A DNA stretch of 64,000 nt from Octopus vulgaris (GCA_951406725.2 OX597817.1:104346001-104410000), one strand, 5' to 3'. Positions 11,700-24,757 are shown, numbered from the stretch's first letter. Numbers and translations: made by a program. Notes: generated from the sequence alone by a model not told the origin.

Positions 11700-14600
11700 T
11701 AAATTTGTCTACAATGTCATAGTCAGCCAAAAGAATGTCTCTGTCCAGGGAAAGGGAGACAGCTGCAGAAAGGGAAGCACACCAAGAAACGAACAGGCTG
11801 TGTACTACAAAAATCAGAACATCTCAAAGTAATGAACAGAAGTATGCACGACTGACAAGGAATAGGATCTCCACTGCAGAACGAAGAGCAGTTGCAACAG
11901 CTCAGAGAAGCAACTTCTATGAAGCAGCTTTCGATTATGATCCAGCAATTCATTATGCAGATGACATTGGAGTTTCTATTGGTGCAATGACAACGGAGTG
12001 CATATATTGTAAAGCAAGGAAGTGTCTTGGAGAAACACCTGCACTGTGCTGCGGTGGTGGAAAGGTTAAATTTCCTGCAATCCCCCTACCTCCAGAGCCA
12101 TTGAAGAAACTGTTGTCATCAACTGACCAAGATTCCAAGCACTTCCAAAACAAAGTTAGACAGTACAATGCTGCACTACAGATGACATCATTTGGAGCCA
12201 CAAGAGATATAATTGAACCAGGATTCATGCCAACTTTCAATGTCCAAGGTCAGATTTATCATCGGATTGGCTCTCTACTACCTCTGTCGAATGAATCACC
12301 AAAATTCCTTCAAATATATTTTATGGATGATTCTCAATAGAAATGCAAGAACATTTCCGGCATCAGGATGAACATTGTAGTGTCTCTGCAAAAGATGCTG
12401 CATTGCAGTAACAACCTGATCAGAAGCTTCAAAACAGCGCTTGAAACAATTCCACCTGACTCCATGGATTATAAAGTAGTTATCTGATCAGACAAGAAAC
12501 CATCTGGTCAACATGGAGAGAGGGTTAATGCGCCAACGGTAAATGAAATAGCTGTGCTTCTGGTTGAGCAAGAACATGACAAACGTGATATTGTCTTCCA
12601 TCTCAGAGGCAGCACATTGATGAGGATTTCAGAAACGCACAGATCCTATGATGCACTACAATATCCATTGCTGTTCTGTTATGGACAAAATATTTACCAC
12701 ATTGACATTAGTCAGACAAACTTCTCAAAGCGAGTTTCAGCCAATGACTTCTATGCATTCCGCATCAGGAGTTAAGATTCAAACCACATCCTACATTGTA
12801 GAGGTCTGTTCAGTCAGTTCATTGTTGACACGTATGCATAAACTGAAAGTGAACGATTACTCTACTTGAGACTGAACCAGAAGAAATTGAGTGTGGAATC
12901 ATATGCACACCTACAAGATGCAATGCTGAATGATCATGATGTCAGCAACATGGGCCAACTGATCATCCTTCCATCATCATTCACAGCAAGCCCAAGATAC
13001 ATGCATGAGCACACACAAGATGCCATGACATATGTTAGACACTACTTCAGAACAGACCTCTTCATAACCTTCACATACAATCCTAAAGGGAAAGAGATTC
13101 AAAATGAACTCTTCTCAAACCAACAGCCTAACGATAGGCAAAGGTCTTCAGACAGAAGGTTATCAAGCTCATGCAGTTACTGACCAAAGATAAAGTGTTC
13201 GGTGCCACTAGATTCCACATATATACAATACATTGGCAGAAACGTGGACTTCCTCATGTACACATCCTGCTCTGGCTTACAGACTAAATCTATGCCTGGA
13301 TAATAGATAAGTTCATCAGTGCAGAGATTCCAGATCCTCAGAAGATCCAGAACTCTTCAATGTGGTCAAGACCCAAATGGTTCATGGTCCATGTGGCAAC
13401 ATCAACTTACATGCTCCATGCATGCAGGATAGAAAGTGTAGAAAAGGCTTTCAAAAGAAGTTCCTTCAAGAGACACAGACTGGACATGATGGCTATCCAC
13501 TCTACAGAAGAAGAAGGCCAAGTGATGATGGGTTTGAAACCAACAACAAGAGGTTATCTGAAACTGAAATTCCCGTTGACAATATCTCTTCAAGATATTC
13601 AACGCACACATCAATGTTGAGTTCTGTAACTCAGTGAAATCCATTAAGTATGTGTACAAATATGTCAACAAAGGATCTGACATGGCAGTCTGTGCAGTCC
13701 AGGATTCAGGGAGCAATGCTAAAATCAAGACCTTCCAAATGTGAAGGTGTATCAACAGTGGTGAAGCATGTTGGAGAATCTTCAGGTTCCCCATTCATGA
13801 GAGATATCCCCACGTGCAACATCTTGCAGTTCACTTGGAGAATGGCGAAATGGTTTACTACATCCTAGACACAGTCCAACTACAAATGGAAGCTCACACT
13901 CACAGTATTCTTCAAGCTCTGTCAAGATGATGAATTTGTTACAACACTACTATACAATGAAGTTCCACCATTCCATACCTGTTGCCAAAACAAATGGAAA
14001 AGACGTGCACCTGGAGCACCCACAAATCATCCGTGAATCAAAAAATCAGACACACTTGGCAGTGTCTATGTTGTCCATCCAAACTACTCAGAGTGCTACT
14101 ATCTAAGACTTCTATTACACCATGTCAAGGGACCCACATCATTTACAGCTTTATGTACGGTTGATAACACAGTATGTCAAACATATCGCCAGGCTTGCCA
14201 TCTCAGAGGTTTTCTGGAAGATGATGCATACTGGGATGTCACTCTGACAGAGGCACAAATGTGCAAGTCTCCTATGCAACTGAGAAACCTCTTCTCCATC
14301 ATGCTGGTGAACTGTGGATTGTCAAATCCAGATCAACTTTGGTACAAATACAAGGAGGGGCTTTCTGGAGACATTCTTCAAAGAATTAAATATTAGTGTG
14401 ACTGTGATGTCACGTTCAATGATGACATTTTCAATGAAGCATTAAGATTAATAGACAACAAGGTTCAATCACTGGATGGAAACAAACTTGAAATCTATGG
14501 TCTTCCAGCTCCTGTCAGAGATGCTAAATATATATTAGCACAAGAGCTAATCAGGGAAACATCATACAACTTGAAAAGTGTGCAAGCAGTTGTCAATGAA

Positions 14601-16149
14601 AAGGAACCAATTCTGCTACAGGATCAAAAGGGGGTATACTGGCAAGTTCTTACATCTGTGGACAATAACACTGGGGGGGGGGGTTTCTTCTTAGATGCTC
14701 CTGGAGGCACATGAAAGACATTATTGATCAATCAGTTCCTTGCCAAGGTGAGACAGAAGATTGCTCTGGCTGTTGTATCCTCTGGAATTGCATCTTCACT
14801 TCTGACAAGTGGAAGAACAGCCCATTCAACATTCAAGCTGCCTCTGAACCTCATCCAAAATGAATCTCCTTTATGCAACATATCCAAGAATACAGCATTA
14901 GCAAAGCTCCTTACAGATGCCAAACTCATCGTCTGGGATGAGGCAACAATGTCCCAAAAGGCAGCCTTTGTGGCGCTTGATACAACATTACAAGACTTCA
15001 GAAGCAATTAGATCATGGGTGGTGTCACCCTCCTCATGGCAAGTGACTTCAGGCAAACGCTGCTTGTCATTCCCAGAGGAACAAGGGCAGATGAGCTGAG
15101 AGCTTGCATCAAGTCTTCATATATCTGGCAACATGTCAAGCAGCTTACTCTGACAAGCAACATGAGGATCCACATTCATGGTGATCCGTTAGCCACACAG
15201 TTCTCCAATAAGTTACTTGACATTGGAAGTGGAAAGCTTCCACAAGATCCAGAAGATAGTCTGCACCATCTCCCATGTGGTAATATGACTGCCTCCGTTG
15301 AAGAACTAAAGAGCAAGGTGTTTCCAAACATTGCCACAAACTATAAAAGTCACAAGTGGCTATGTGGGAGAACAATTCTGGCACCAAGGAATGATGCTGT
15401 AGACAAGCTGAATTCAAATTTGTTGCCTCAGCTTCCAGGACCTAATCAATTGCGTACAGATCAATTGACTCTGTTCCTGATCAAGAACAGGCAACGCATT
15501 ACCCAGTGGAGTTCCTCAATTCACTTCAGCCACCAGAATTTCCACCACACATTCTGATCGTGAAAACAGATGCTCCCATAAAGCTATTAAGAAACCTTGA
15601 TGCACCCAGACTCTGCAATGGAAGAATATTGGTTGTTAAAATAGCTATGCTTCATGTGTTGGAAGCAACAATAATTACAGGCAACATGATGGGGAGAATG
15701 TCTTCATTCCAAGGATACCTCTCATCTCAAATGATCTCCCCTTTCAGTTCAAGAGACTGCAATTTCCTGTCAAACTTAGCTTTGCAATGTCTATCAAAAA
15801 AGCACAAGGTCAGTCTCTAAAGGTGGTGGATCTTAAACTCCTTCAATCCTGTTTCTCACATGGTCAGCTGTATGTTGGATGTTCTAGAGTTTGAGATAAA
15901 AAAAGAACCTCTACATTCTCAGGGATAAACATGGCAAGACAAAAAACACAGTATATGAAGAAGCACTTACATAGTAGGTCCATGTCATATACAGAAGTGT
16001 AAAACCATTGAGTGTTAAAGTATTACTATTACATTACTATTACACTGTCACTTTTAGACTGACATGCGTGAATGTATATCTGCAATGGGATGAGGCAACA
16101 ATGTTCCATAACCTTGGAGCCCCAGTAATCCGTTACAGCACTTATCTAG
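11700..16149 (+). mobile_element. Decayed autonomous Helitron (RepHel pseudogene)
   Basis: N-terminal CxxC..CC; Rep motif 1 DLFITFTYNP, HUH motif WQKRGLPHVHILLW (~13235), motif 3 KYVYKYVNKG (~13645); PIF1-type helicase LDAPGGT*KT, IVWDE, AQGQSL, HGQLYVGCSRV; many stops and frameshifts; weak hairpin plus CTAG at 16146-16149; 5' end not located. Confidence 0.93.
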
Positions 16150-16169
16150 CGTACATTATTTACATTTGT

Positions 16170-16600
16170 CGGATACGTTTCAGCTGATACACCCTTCAGC
16201 CTTCATCAGGTGTCTTGGAGAAATTTCGAACTTGGGTTCTCATTCCTGAGGTATTTTTCGATGTTACTATTATTGTTATTATTATTATTATTATTATTAC
16301 TATTCTGGTCACTGCCTGGAATCAAACTCGGAATCATGGGGTTAGTAGCCCGCGCTCTTAACCATATTCCCATGGGCAATTATGGAGTGAATTTTAGGGC
16401 TTATAAATCTAATATTTTCCTATCCTTCCTTAATACCGGTCCCCATATGCTACACATATCTGCACTCGGTCTACTTAGCAGGTTGTTGTGTCCTAGCATA
16501 TGTGTTGCTTCTTTTAGTTTTCGAATTTTCCAGTGGTGCTCTCTATCTATTATTTTAACTCCATCCCACAGGAGGAGGTGGTCTCCATTTTTCATACATG
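16170..16600 (-). mobile_element. Penelope-like remnant (GIY-YIG C-terminus, tRNA-like segment, hammerhead core)
   Basis: Minus-strand peptide IIDREHHWKIRKLKEATHM resembles PLE endonuclease C-termini; tRNA-like A/B boxes at 16305-16370; (AAT)n; CTGATGA-stem-GAAAC at 16209-16177. Confidence 0.6.
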
Positions 16601-16604
16601 TGTA

Positions 16605-16605
16605 T

Positions 16606-16686
<81 letters not shown>

Positions 16687-16860
16687 GGGATGGATAGCCA
16701 AACGGGGCCATCTGGTAATATATGTAAAAAAAATATTACAATAACATATATCATTCAATTGATATGTATATTAGCCATCTCTCTCTCTCTCCATCTCTCT
16801 CTCTCTGCCTCTCTCTCTCTCTCTCTGTGCCTCTCTCTCTCTCTCTCTCCCTTTCTCTTT
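16605..16860. repeat. (TA)n, (TG)n and (CT)n microsatellites
   Basis: Directly visible. Confidence 0.95.
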
Positions 16861-17257
16861 CACTCTACTACTACTACTTCTGCACCTACAACTTCTGATG
16901 TAGAATTGTGTTTTCTGTAATTTGGTATTTTATAAAATAGCGATGGATCCTCGGTAAATACCACGGTTGACACTGTTTTTAATAGGCAGTGCTTCATGTT
17001 ATTGTATCCACCCTGATGTATGTCATGTTACTTTACTGTTTTTGGTTAACATTTTGAACCAAGAAATTAGTCTGTTTTATTATGCTGAGTGGCTTGAAGT
17101 AACAAGCAAATTCTAAATTAGTCGTTAAATAAATTACTTTATAACAAAATTAAGGGGTAGATATTTTAACTAAATAAACATTACTAAACTTGTACTAGCA
17201 TTTTAAAGTATTTAATAATTTAAGCATTGTTTTAGTTTTCACTTAATGTATATTTAG

Positions 17258-17308
<51 letters not shown>

Positions 17309-17387
17309 TATATTAATATATATATATATATGTATGTATATTAAAGTATATTTATTAATTAATTATTTTATTATTCTAGTTTATTTT

Positions 17388-17491
17388 TAACCTGATGAGT
17401 GGCTACATTTATATCGAAGTGATTTTACTACTACTATTAGTTTTTTTACTATAATCATTTCTTAAATATAGCCACGAAACACGTGTCGTTA
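17388..17491 (+). ncRNA. Type I hammerhead ribozyme motif with minimal palindromic stem III
   Basis: Stem I TAAC/GTTA; core CTGATGA 17392-17398; stem II GTGGCTA/TAGCCAC; GAAAC; ACACGTGT palindrome; GTC triplet 17485-17487. Confidence 0.8.
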
Positions 17492-17650
17492 TTCTACCAA
17501 TTATATACGTTTTTCTTTTTTTTTTTGCAATTTACTTAATTATTGGTATTTTATTGTTATTTTAATTTTAATATTTCTATTATATGTAATTTTCTAGATG
17601 GTGTAATTTAATTGTTCATTTTGAATTGATAAAAGATGCTTTTTTCTAAT

Positions 17651-17712
<62 letters not shown>

Positions 17713-18135
17713 AGATGGTGCGTGACGTAGTGTTTGTATGTAATATCGGACTTCATAAGGAGCATTGCCAAAAAAAAAAGACGTCGGAGATTCCCTTTAA
17801 AATAGGCTTCTGATCTTCTTTCTGATATACTGAAAACACTACTTTAGACGAAGTTAATTGGTTTGGGGGATAAACATAATTATTATTTCGAAATTTCGAG
17901 TGACATTTGCGCCGTTTGTTCGCAGTTGACATTTTGAGATTTTTGTTAGGATTGCCGTCTAATTGTCTCCAAGTCTTAGTCCTACACATTTTATGGGGCG
18001 GGATATACTTGTTTCCTTCTTCCTTCCTTCCTTCCTTCCTTCGTGTTAAGCAATGTTAAAGTATATATTTCTCTGGTAATATCGATAATTAAATATACCT
18101 AATTAATTATTACAATCAATATATAAGAAACACAT

Positions 18136-18580
18136 GGGGCGGCGGCCTAGCAGAATCGTTACGGCGCTGGGCAAAATGCTTAGCGGCATTTCGTCCATCT
18201 TCAAGTTTTGCGTTCAAATTCCGCCGAAGTCGACTTTACCTTTCATCCTTTCGGGATAAATAAATGAGTACCAATTGGAGACGGGGGTCGATGTAATCGA
18301 CTTACCCCAACCCCAAAATTGCTGGCTTTGTACCAAAATTTGAAATCAATATATAAGAAGCACAAAGGGCGGCGAGCTGGAAGAACCGTTTCCACAATGC
18401 GAAAAGTGCTTAGCGGCATTTCTCCTGACATTACGTTCTGAGTTCAAAAGCTGTTCGAGTCGACTTTACGTTTCATCCTTTCAAGATCGATAAAATAAGT
18501 ACTAGTTGAACACTGGGGCCAATATAATCGACTTACCCCGATCCCAAAATTGCTTACCTTGTACCAAAATTTGAAACCAG
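18136..18580 (+). mobile_element. Two tandem copies of tRNA-derived SINE family B
   Basis: Two ~230-bp units with GGCGGCGAGCTGG-like head, GAGTTCAAATTCC B-box, central CTTTCATCCTTTCGGGGTCGAT..AAGTACCAG domain and CCAAAATTTGAAACC tail. Confidence 0.85.
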
Positions 18581-19251
18581 TATGTTAGAAACACATTCAT
18601 GCGTATTGATGCGATGAAAATGTTACAAAGAAACTAGATTTTGTTTACTTACTTTTTAAACGAAATCTGGTTCTATTTATCAATATCACGTTTGATAGAG
18701 TTCATTTTTACTAAGGGAGAGTTTGTGTGTGTGTCGGTGATGTAATACAGAGTAGACACAAAAATACGATTCATGTTGCAACAGTGTATTCTTGCTGCCG
18801 GTCTTATTTACCTGTCATCAGCGCGTCACGTAACTATATTGTATTTTGTCCATTATATGTTGGTACAAATTCAGACCCGTCGCAAGACTATGGTACCTGG
18901 TGGTGCTTCAGAATATTCTGGGTAAGCACTAATCTGTAATAATGCTAAAGTGGAGTTTCGAAATAGGCGTGTCACTGTAAATCTGAGGGCGCATCATTGA
19001 ATAGTGAGAGGGCAGTGCCGTCCAGTGCACTCCTTTAGCGACGGGCATGCAAAAAAGGGCGGTCAGATAATTCGACCTCAGTATGCCACTGGTACTTCAT
19101 TTTTCTTTTCGACTCCGAAAGAAGAGAATGTATTGTTGACCACGGAACCGTTTAAACTTGGGGAAATAAATAGCCAGGTCAAATACTGCAAGATATTTTA
19201 TCCAACTTCCCACGGTCAATCCATCCCACACCTTTTTATCTCAGTTAATGG

Positions 19252-19253
<2 letters not shown>

Positions 19254-19342
<89 letters not shown>
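19254..19342. repeat. (GT)n microsatellite
   Basis: Directly visible. Confidence 0.97.
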
Positions 19343-19343
<1 letters not shown>

Positions 19344-19579
19344 GTGTATTCAATATATAGTAGTTACGATACGTTCCAGTTTATTATCATTGCTTCGGTT
19401 AGTTTGAAATTATGTTCCGTTTTTTCGGAAATTTAGAATATTTTTTATTTATGACTTTTATATTGATCTGTCAGAAATGTCGTAATATATTGATACATTA
19501 TGAAACACTTTTAGCAATAGCTCAACCAGGATTTGAAACCAAAACCCTTTACTTTACTCTCACGAATAAACCTCAATAT

Positions 19580-19968
19580 TCTTTTCTACTCTAGGCACAA
19601 GGCCCGGAATTTGGGGGAGGGGCCAGTCGATTAAGTCGGCCTCAGTACGCAACTGGTACTTAATTTATTGACCCTGAAAGGACGAAAGGCAAAGTCGACC
19701 TCGGCGGAATTTGAACTCAGAACGTAAAGACAGACGAAATACCTATTTCTTTACTACCCACAAGGGGTTACACAGAGAGGACAAACAAGGACAGACAAAC
19801 GGATTAAGTCGATTATATCGACCCCAGTGTGTAACTTATTTAATCGACCCCGAAAGGATGAAAGGCAAAGTCGACCTCGGCGGAATTTGAACTCAGAACG
19901 TAGCGGCAGATGAGATACCACTAAGCATTTCGCCCGGCGTGCTAACGTTCCTGCCAGCTCACTGCCTT
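19580..19968 (-). mobile_element. Nested family B SINEs (LINE-tailed copy joined to another SINE at GTATTTCGTCTG)
   Basis: Minus-strand junction ...CCCCTTGTGGGTAGTAAAGAAATAG|GTATTTCGTCTG at 19743/19742. Confidence 0.85.
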
Positions 19969-20129
19969 CAATAAACCATAATATTCAGAATTGTTCCCTC
20001 GATTAAAAATCCAGATGGCCATTAAAAAACCAATTGACGACAGGAAGTTTTCGTGGATTGAGAGAAACAATAGAATTATCTGAACTCAACTCGTTCACAC
20101 ATTGATAAATGATATTATCAGGTCTTATT

Positions 20130-20345
20130 AAGGCGATGAACTATCAGAATAGTTAGCATGCCGGGCGAAATGCTTAGCGGAATTTCGTCCGTCGGTACGT
20201 TCTGAGTTCAAATTCCGCCTACGTCGACTTAGCCTTTCATCCATTCGGGATCGATAAAATAAGTAACAGTTGAACACTGGAGTCGATATAATAGATTAGC
20301 TCCCTCCCCTGAACTTGCTGACCTTGTGCCCAAATTTGAAACCAA
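20130..20345 (+). mobile_element. SINE family B
   Basis: Same head, B-box, central domain and tail as 18136. Confidence 0.85.
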
Positions 20346-20859
20346 TATTATGACTTATGTAAGATGTTTTGCATGAGAAATAAAGACAGACTTCAGAGCT
20401 TGGATTATTCAACTCATACCACTGCCAGTTAACCAAAATTGCTAGAGATGTCTGTAGAACTCACCCCCGACAAGTGAAACATCTGCCTTACTCAGTTTTG
20501 TGCCTTTAATCTTTTACTTTGTCTTAACCAAACCACAGAGAGTAGCTGCATAATTGCTCTTTTTTTTTATTGTCAACCATACTTTCCTTCTCACACACAT
20601 ATATGGAAACATACACCTCTCTTGTGAGTATTCACGTTTTGCAGTAGCTGTTGCTGTGCGCGCGCACACACTCATAAGCCTTTAGATTAAGTAACAAAGA
20701 ATTTTTATTCATTTTTGCATGAGTAAGCAATTTGATGTGCATATTTCATCGCTGCCATTTTTTGTTTCTTGTATTTTATTGTGGGAGTGATGTTATTGAT
20801 TTATTCTGGGACGCGTAGTGTTGGTGCGTCCTAGAATAAATCAATTGTGATATATATTT

Positions 20860-22620
20860 CATATTTCACTTTACTTTGATATTAAAGACCATTTGAAATC
20901 TCAAAAGCACAAAGTGAGTTTTGCTGCTACTTCGTCACGATTAGATACTTTAAAAAAAAATAGAAAAATCAAATTGGAACATCTCGTAGCCGTTAAAGTA
21001 ACCACCTTTGCTTTTTATTCCATTTCTCGTAAACTGAGTTTCCAGACACCTGACTGTTTGTGAACGTTGGTCTCGAAACTTTTAAAGGTTTTGCCTAGCG
21101 CAGACAAAATTGCAAAGCTATAATTTTAAATGTAACAACGGTTAAATCTGAGTTCAGTAAAGACTTAGAGGGGGGAAATTTTGTGACAATTTCTATGGAT
21201 GCTTTGAATCGAAAAGTTGTTAAAATGATACTTTTCATCACTTAATATTACATTCCAGGTCAGGGATGCAGCTTAAATTTTTGGATACAGTTGGATCAGC
21301 TGAGATCTTAAATGATGTCTGCCTCAGTTACCGCCAATCACATATTGATGAAAAAATTTTGGGGATATTATGGAGACCACTACAACACAAATGTTGGTGA
21401 CGTACAACGAAAAGCCAATCACAACATATTTAACCGATTAAAAACGAAACCTGAGAGTGCCTTGTTAGCTGTACTGCACACATTGAGCACTACTGTCTCC
21501 AAATAGTTGTTGATCTATTGCCAGTTTATATACAAGTACTTAATGTGAAAATATTTCAATTATTCACACATATAGACAATTCGTGTAACATAGCTAAAAT
21601 AATTTTATGGCTACCGGAGTGGAATACAAAAAGGTATCACAACATGATAATACTAGATTTTTGTCAAAGCCACCAGCGTTTAAACGAATTCTTAACACTT
21701 TTGCTGACTTGAAATTGTACTTTTGTTCCTAAGATCAACTACCTGGGACTGATAAAACAATTCTTTGAAATGATTTTGGAGAAATGTATTTATGGTTTGT
21801 AGAAAGACAAGTTAGCTTTCTCAACAAATTGATTCTGGCTATGAAGAAGGACAATTCCAATGCAGCAAGTATCAAACGAGAAAAGTAAAATCTGGACGCA
21901 AAATACAGAGGATGCGCTGTGAAAACTTAAAGAAAACAGTGACGCATTGAAAAGGTAAAAAATTTAAGGAGGTCTTTTTTTTTTGTGAAATATGTTTCTC
22001 ATACCTAGATCTATGGAAAGAGAACTTTGAACAGATGGAAATGGCCCAATGTAGAACAGTCTGCAGTAAAGATTATAAAAGAGGTAACAAATAGTGATTT
22101 CAAATTTTGGCACAAAACCAGCGATTTCAGGGTAGCGGGGAAGTCGATTTCATTGACCCCGGTGGTCAGCTAGTACTTATTTATCGACCCCGAAAGGATG
22201 AAAGGAAAAGTCAGCTTCGGCGAAATTTGAACTCAGAACGTAAAGCCTTTCGCCAGGTGTGCTAACGATTCAGCCAGCTCGCCGTCTTAAGGGAAAACAG
22301 AAGGAAAAGCGAAAAATATTAATAAATTATTTGAAGTTGTTATCGCAAACAGCTTTTAGGCTTCTTAGGTAGGAGGCTGAACAACACAAAAGTTGAAGTA
22401 TGAAGAAAAGTGGCAATTTTTTCTATTGCAAAGAGTAACGCATTTTAGTAAAGAAAATCTTAGTGCTGTAGAAGAATATTATTTATCTTCTTGATACTTT
22501 TGCACCAGTTGAATGAGTGTATTCTATAATAATGTGTAGTCAAATAGAAGGGGCAATATAGGGGAAGCTACAATCAAGGGCCTTCTGATGATTAAAATGA
22601 GCATTTCCCTAAGCTGCTCA
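20860..22620 (+). mobile_element. Highly decayed hAT-like transposase relic
   Basis: Fragmentary peptides DIKDHLKSQKHK, NTNVG...NIFNRLK, CTAH (CxxH motif) and C-terminal APVE..TIKGLLMIK dimerisation-like motif; interrupted by a SINE. Confidence 0.55.
22097..22290 (-). mobile_element. SINE family B
   Basis: Reverse complement of the family B body. Confidence 0.8.
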
Positions 22621-22624
22621 TGAT

Positions 22625-22902
22625 TTCTGAGTTCAAATTCCGCCGAGGTCGACTTTGCCTTTCATCCTTTCGGGGTCGATTAAATAAGTACCAGTTACGC
22701 ACCGGGGTCAAAATTGACAATGAATCTCTTAGAAGAGTAGTTATTTAAGTGAAAAATATGAAATTACTGATAATTGTATGAAATATTCTTTTCTACTCTA
22801 GGCACAAGGCCCGAAAGTTTTGGGAAGGGGCCAGTCTATTAGATCGATCCCAGTACGCAACTTTGTCGACCTCGAAAGGATGAAAGGCAAAGTCGACCTC
22901 GA
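22625..22902. mobile_element. Two SINE family B fragments (22625-22710 plus strand, 22788-22902 minus strand)
   Basis: Central domain matches other copies. Confidence 0.75.
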
Positions 22903-22995
22903 TGGTAATTGTATGAAATATTACCTGATAAAAACACGTGTTTGATATATTTTTAAACGCTACAATTCTACTTGATAATATGTTACGTGCATGTA

Positions 22996-23060
22996 AGACG
23001 GCGAAGCTGGTAGAATCGTTAGCACGCCGGGCGAAATGCGTAGCCGTATTTCGTCTGTCG
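22996..23060 (+). mobile_element. 5' head of a family B SINE interrupted by the Tx1-like LINE
   Basis: GGCGAAGCTGGTAGAATCGTTAGCACGCCGGGCGAAATGCGTAGCCGTATTTCGTCTG; the SINE resumes at 28400. Confidence 0.85.
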
Positions 23061-23507
23061 CACATGTGTTCGTGAAGTAAGAATTGCTGTTTCGTGGTGT
23101 TAATATTGTTAACAACTGTTGTTTCTTGTTAAACTGTTGAATAACTTAACTGTTGGAGTTTTCAATTGAAAACACTTAGTGCTTGTGGTAGCACGCGTTG
23201 TTCATTCCCCCTTTGGGGGGAAGAATGTCGTCTAGCATGGAGCCTACCGTTGGAGCAGAAATACTTGTTTCTCCTGTTGAGAGGAGGAAATACATGTCCG
23301 GCGAGGAGCCAACTACAGACAAGGAAATAGGGGTTTCCCCCGCTACAAGAAGGAATAGCAGAGAGGATAATATATTTGATATTTTTGGAGATGTGTCTGA
23401 GAGCTCGTCAGAACTTTCACCAGAAGAGTTTCCGACTTTGCCAGAGAACAAAGGCATTGTGTCGAAGAGAATAATTGATGTGCCTAGCATCCAGATAGAA
23501 CCAAAAA

Positions 23508-24749
23508 ATGGAAAAAAAAGTTTTGTCGTTGGCTGCTGGGGGTGGAACCCAGATACTGTCGACGAATAAAAGCGAAATTATGAAATACAGCAAAATGATG
23601 GAAATAACTGACAACGGTGTGAAAATTGAACCTCCGCAAAAGTTATTACAGGAAGAAAAGCAAAAAACAATAATTTTCAAAACATATTGTCTACAAAAAA
23701 GAAAAATTGAAAGAATGTCAGAAGAGAAAATAGAAAAGTGCTTAAAGCCAATATTGGGCGACGTAGTATTTCTGAGAAGAGGAAAAAAATTCGGAACGGT
23801 GGAAGTAAGGTTCACCAATAAAGAAATAGCACACAAGAACTCAGTTGAAACGTTGAAAACGAACGACGTGGAGTTAATCCCCTATTATAGGGGGATGAGG
23901 ACGTCGCGAATAAAAATTACAAGGGTCCCGCCAGAGGTCGAACCTATGTGGTTGTTGGCGGCAGTCCTAATCAAAGAGGTAAAAAAAATTACTCTCCTCC
24001 AGGCTACCGCTACGGAAAACCCACGCTGGGATGGTCAAACAATTAATCTTCTCATTCAAGCGGACCCTAAAATAATTCAAACAATTCCTGAGACAATTGA
24101 GGTAGGGGAGGAGAACCTCGTGGTGTTTGTTGAGGGCCGAAAACCTCGATGTTTTTTATGTGGTCAATTAGGCCACATTCGAAGGAACTGCAAGGAAAAT
24201 GAAGAAGAGGAGGAAGAGGAGAAAAAAGACAAAGAGGAAGAAGATAAAGAAGAAACAGATGAGAAAAAAACAACAAACAAAAGAAAAATACAACCAGCAA
24301 CCCAGCCGAGAGCGGCGACTACTACAGAACAACGACCAAAAAAGACTGCCAGAAGAGAAAAAGCAGAAAAAGGCATAATAGCCGTATACACTAAAGATAC
24401 TGAGCTCATGAGAGACATTCAACTCATAAAGACTAAAAAAATTGATAACCTTTCAGAGGAATTTATCAATTACGACATATATGAAGTCTCAAATAAGACT
24501 TATAGAATTCTACAAAATAAGTACAGAAAGACTGTATCTTCATTGAGATTAGATTTTAACAAGTCGATATTTCATGGATTACCAGCTCCGATCCCGCGAG
24601 AAAAGGAAAAGGTGGAGATTCCCCCTCCACCTGATAATTCTGTGTCGGTGGTGAGACGGGATTTTGACAAATCTATTTCCCAAGACCATCCACCGACCCT
24701 GGATCAAAAAAAGGTGGAGGGTCCCCCTCCACCGGACAATCCTAATTAA
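23508..24749 (+). CDS. LINE ORF1, gag-like zinc-knuckle protein (may extend upstream to ~23225 across a frameshift near the A-run at ~23515)
   Basis: 413-aa ORF with CCHC knuckle CFLCGQLGHIRRNC followed by an E/K-rich tract; lies just upstream of ORF2. Confidence 0.85.
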   Translation: MEKKVLSLAAGGGTQILSTNKSEIMKYSKMMEITDNGVKIEPPQKLLQEEKQKTIIFKTYCLQKRKIERMSEEKIEKCLKPILGDVVFLRRGKKFGTVEVRFTNKEIAHKNSVETLKTNDVELIPYYRGMRTSRIKITRVPPEVEPMWLLAAVLIKEVKKITLLQATATENPRWDGQTINLLIQADPKIIQTIPETIEVGEENLVVFVEGRKPRCFLCGQLGHIRRNCKENEEEEEEEKKDKEEEDKEETDEKKTTNKRKIQPATQPRAATTTEQRPKKTARREKAEKGIIAVYTKDTELMRDIQLIKTKKIDNLSEEFINYDIYEVSNKTYRILQNKYRKTVSSLRLDFNKSIFHGLPAPIPREKEKVEIPPPPDNSVSVVRRDFDKSISQDHPPTLDQKKVEGPPPPDNPN

Positions 24750-24757
24750 ACAGGTAA

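Noticed and set aside
14680-15975. Host PIF1 helicase gene
   Set aside because: Intronless, broken by stops (one in Walker A) and preceded by Helitron Rep motifs
16305-16370. Genuine tRNA gene
   Set aside because: Acceptor and D stems are incomplete and it is embedded in a repeat; treated as tRNA-derived
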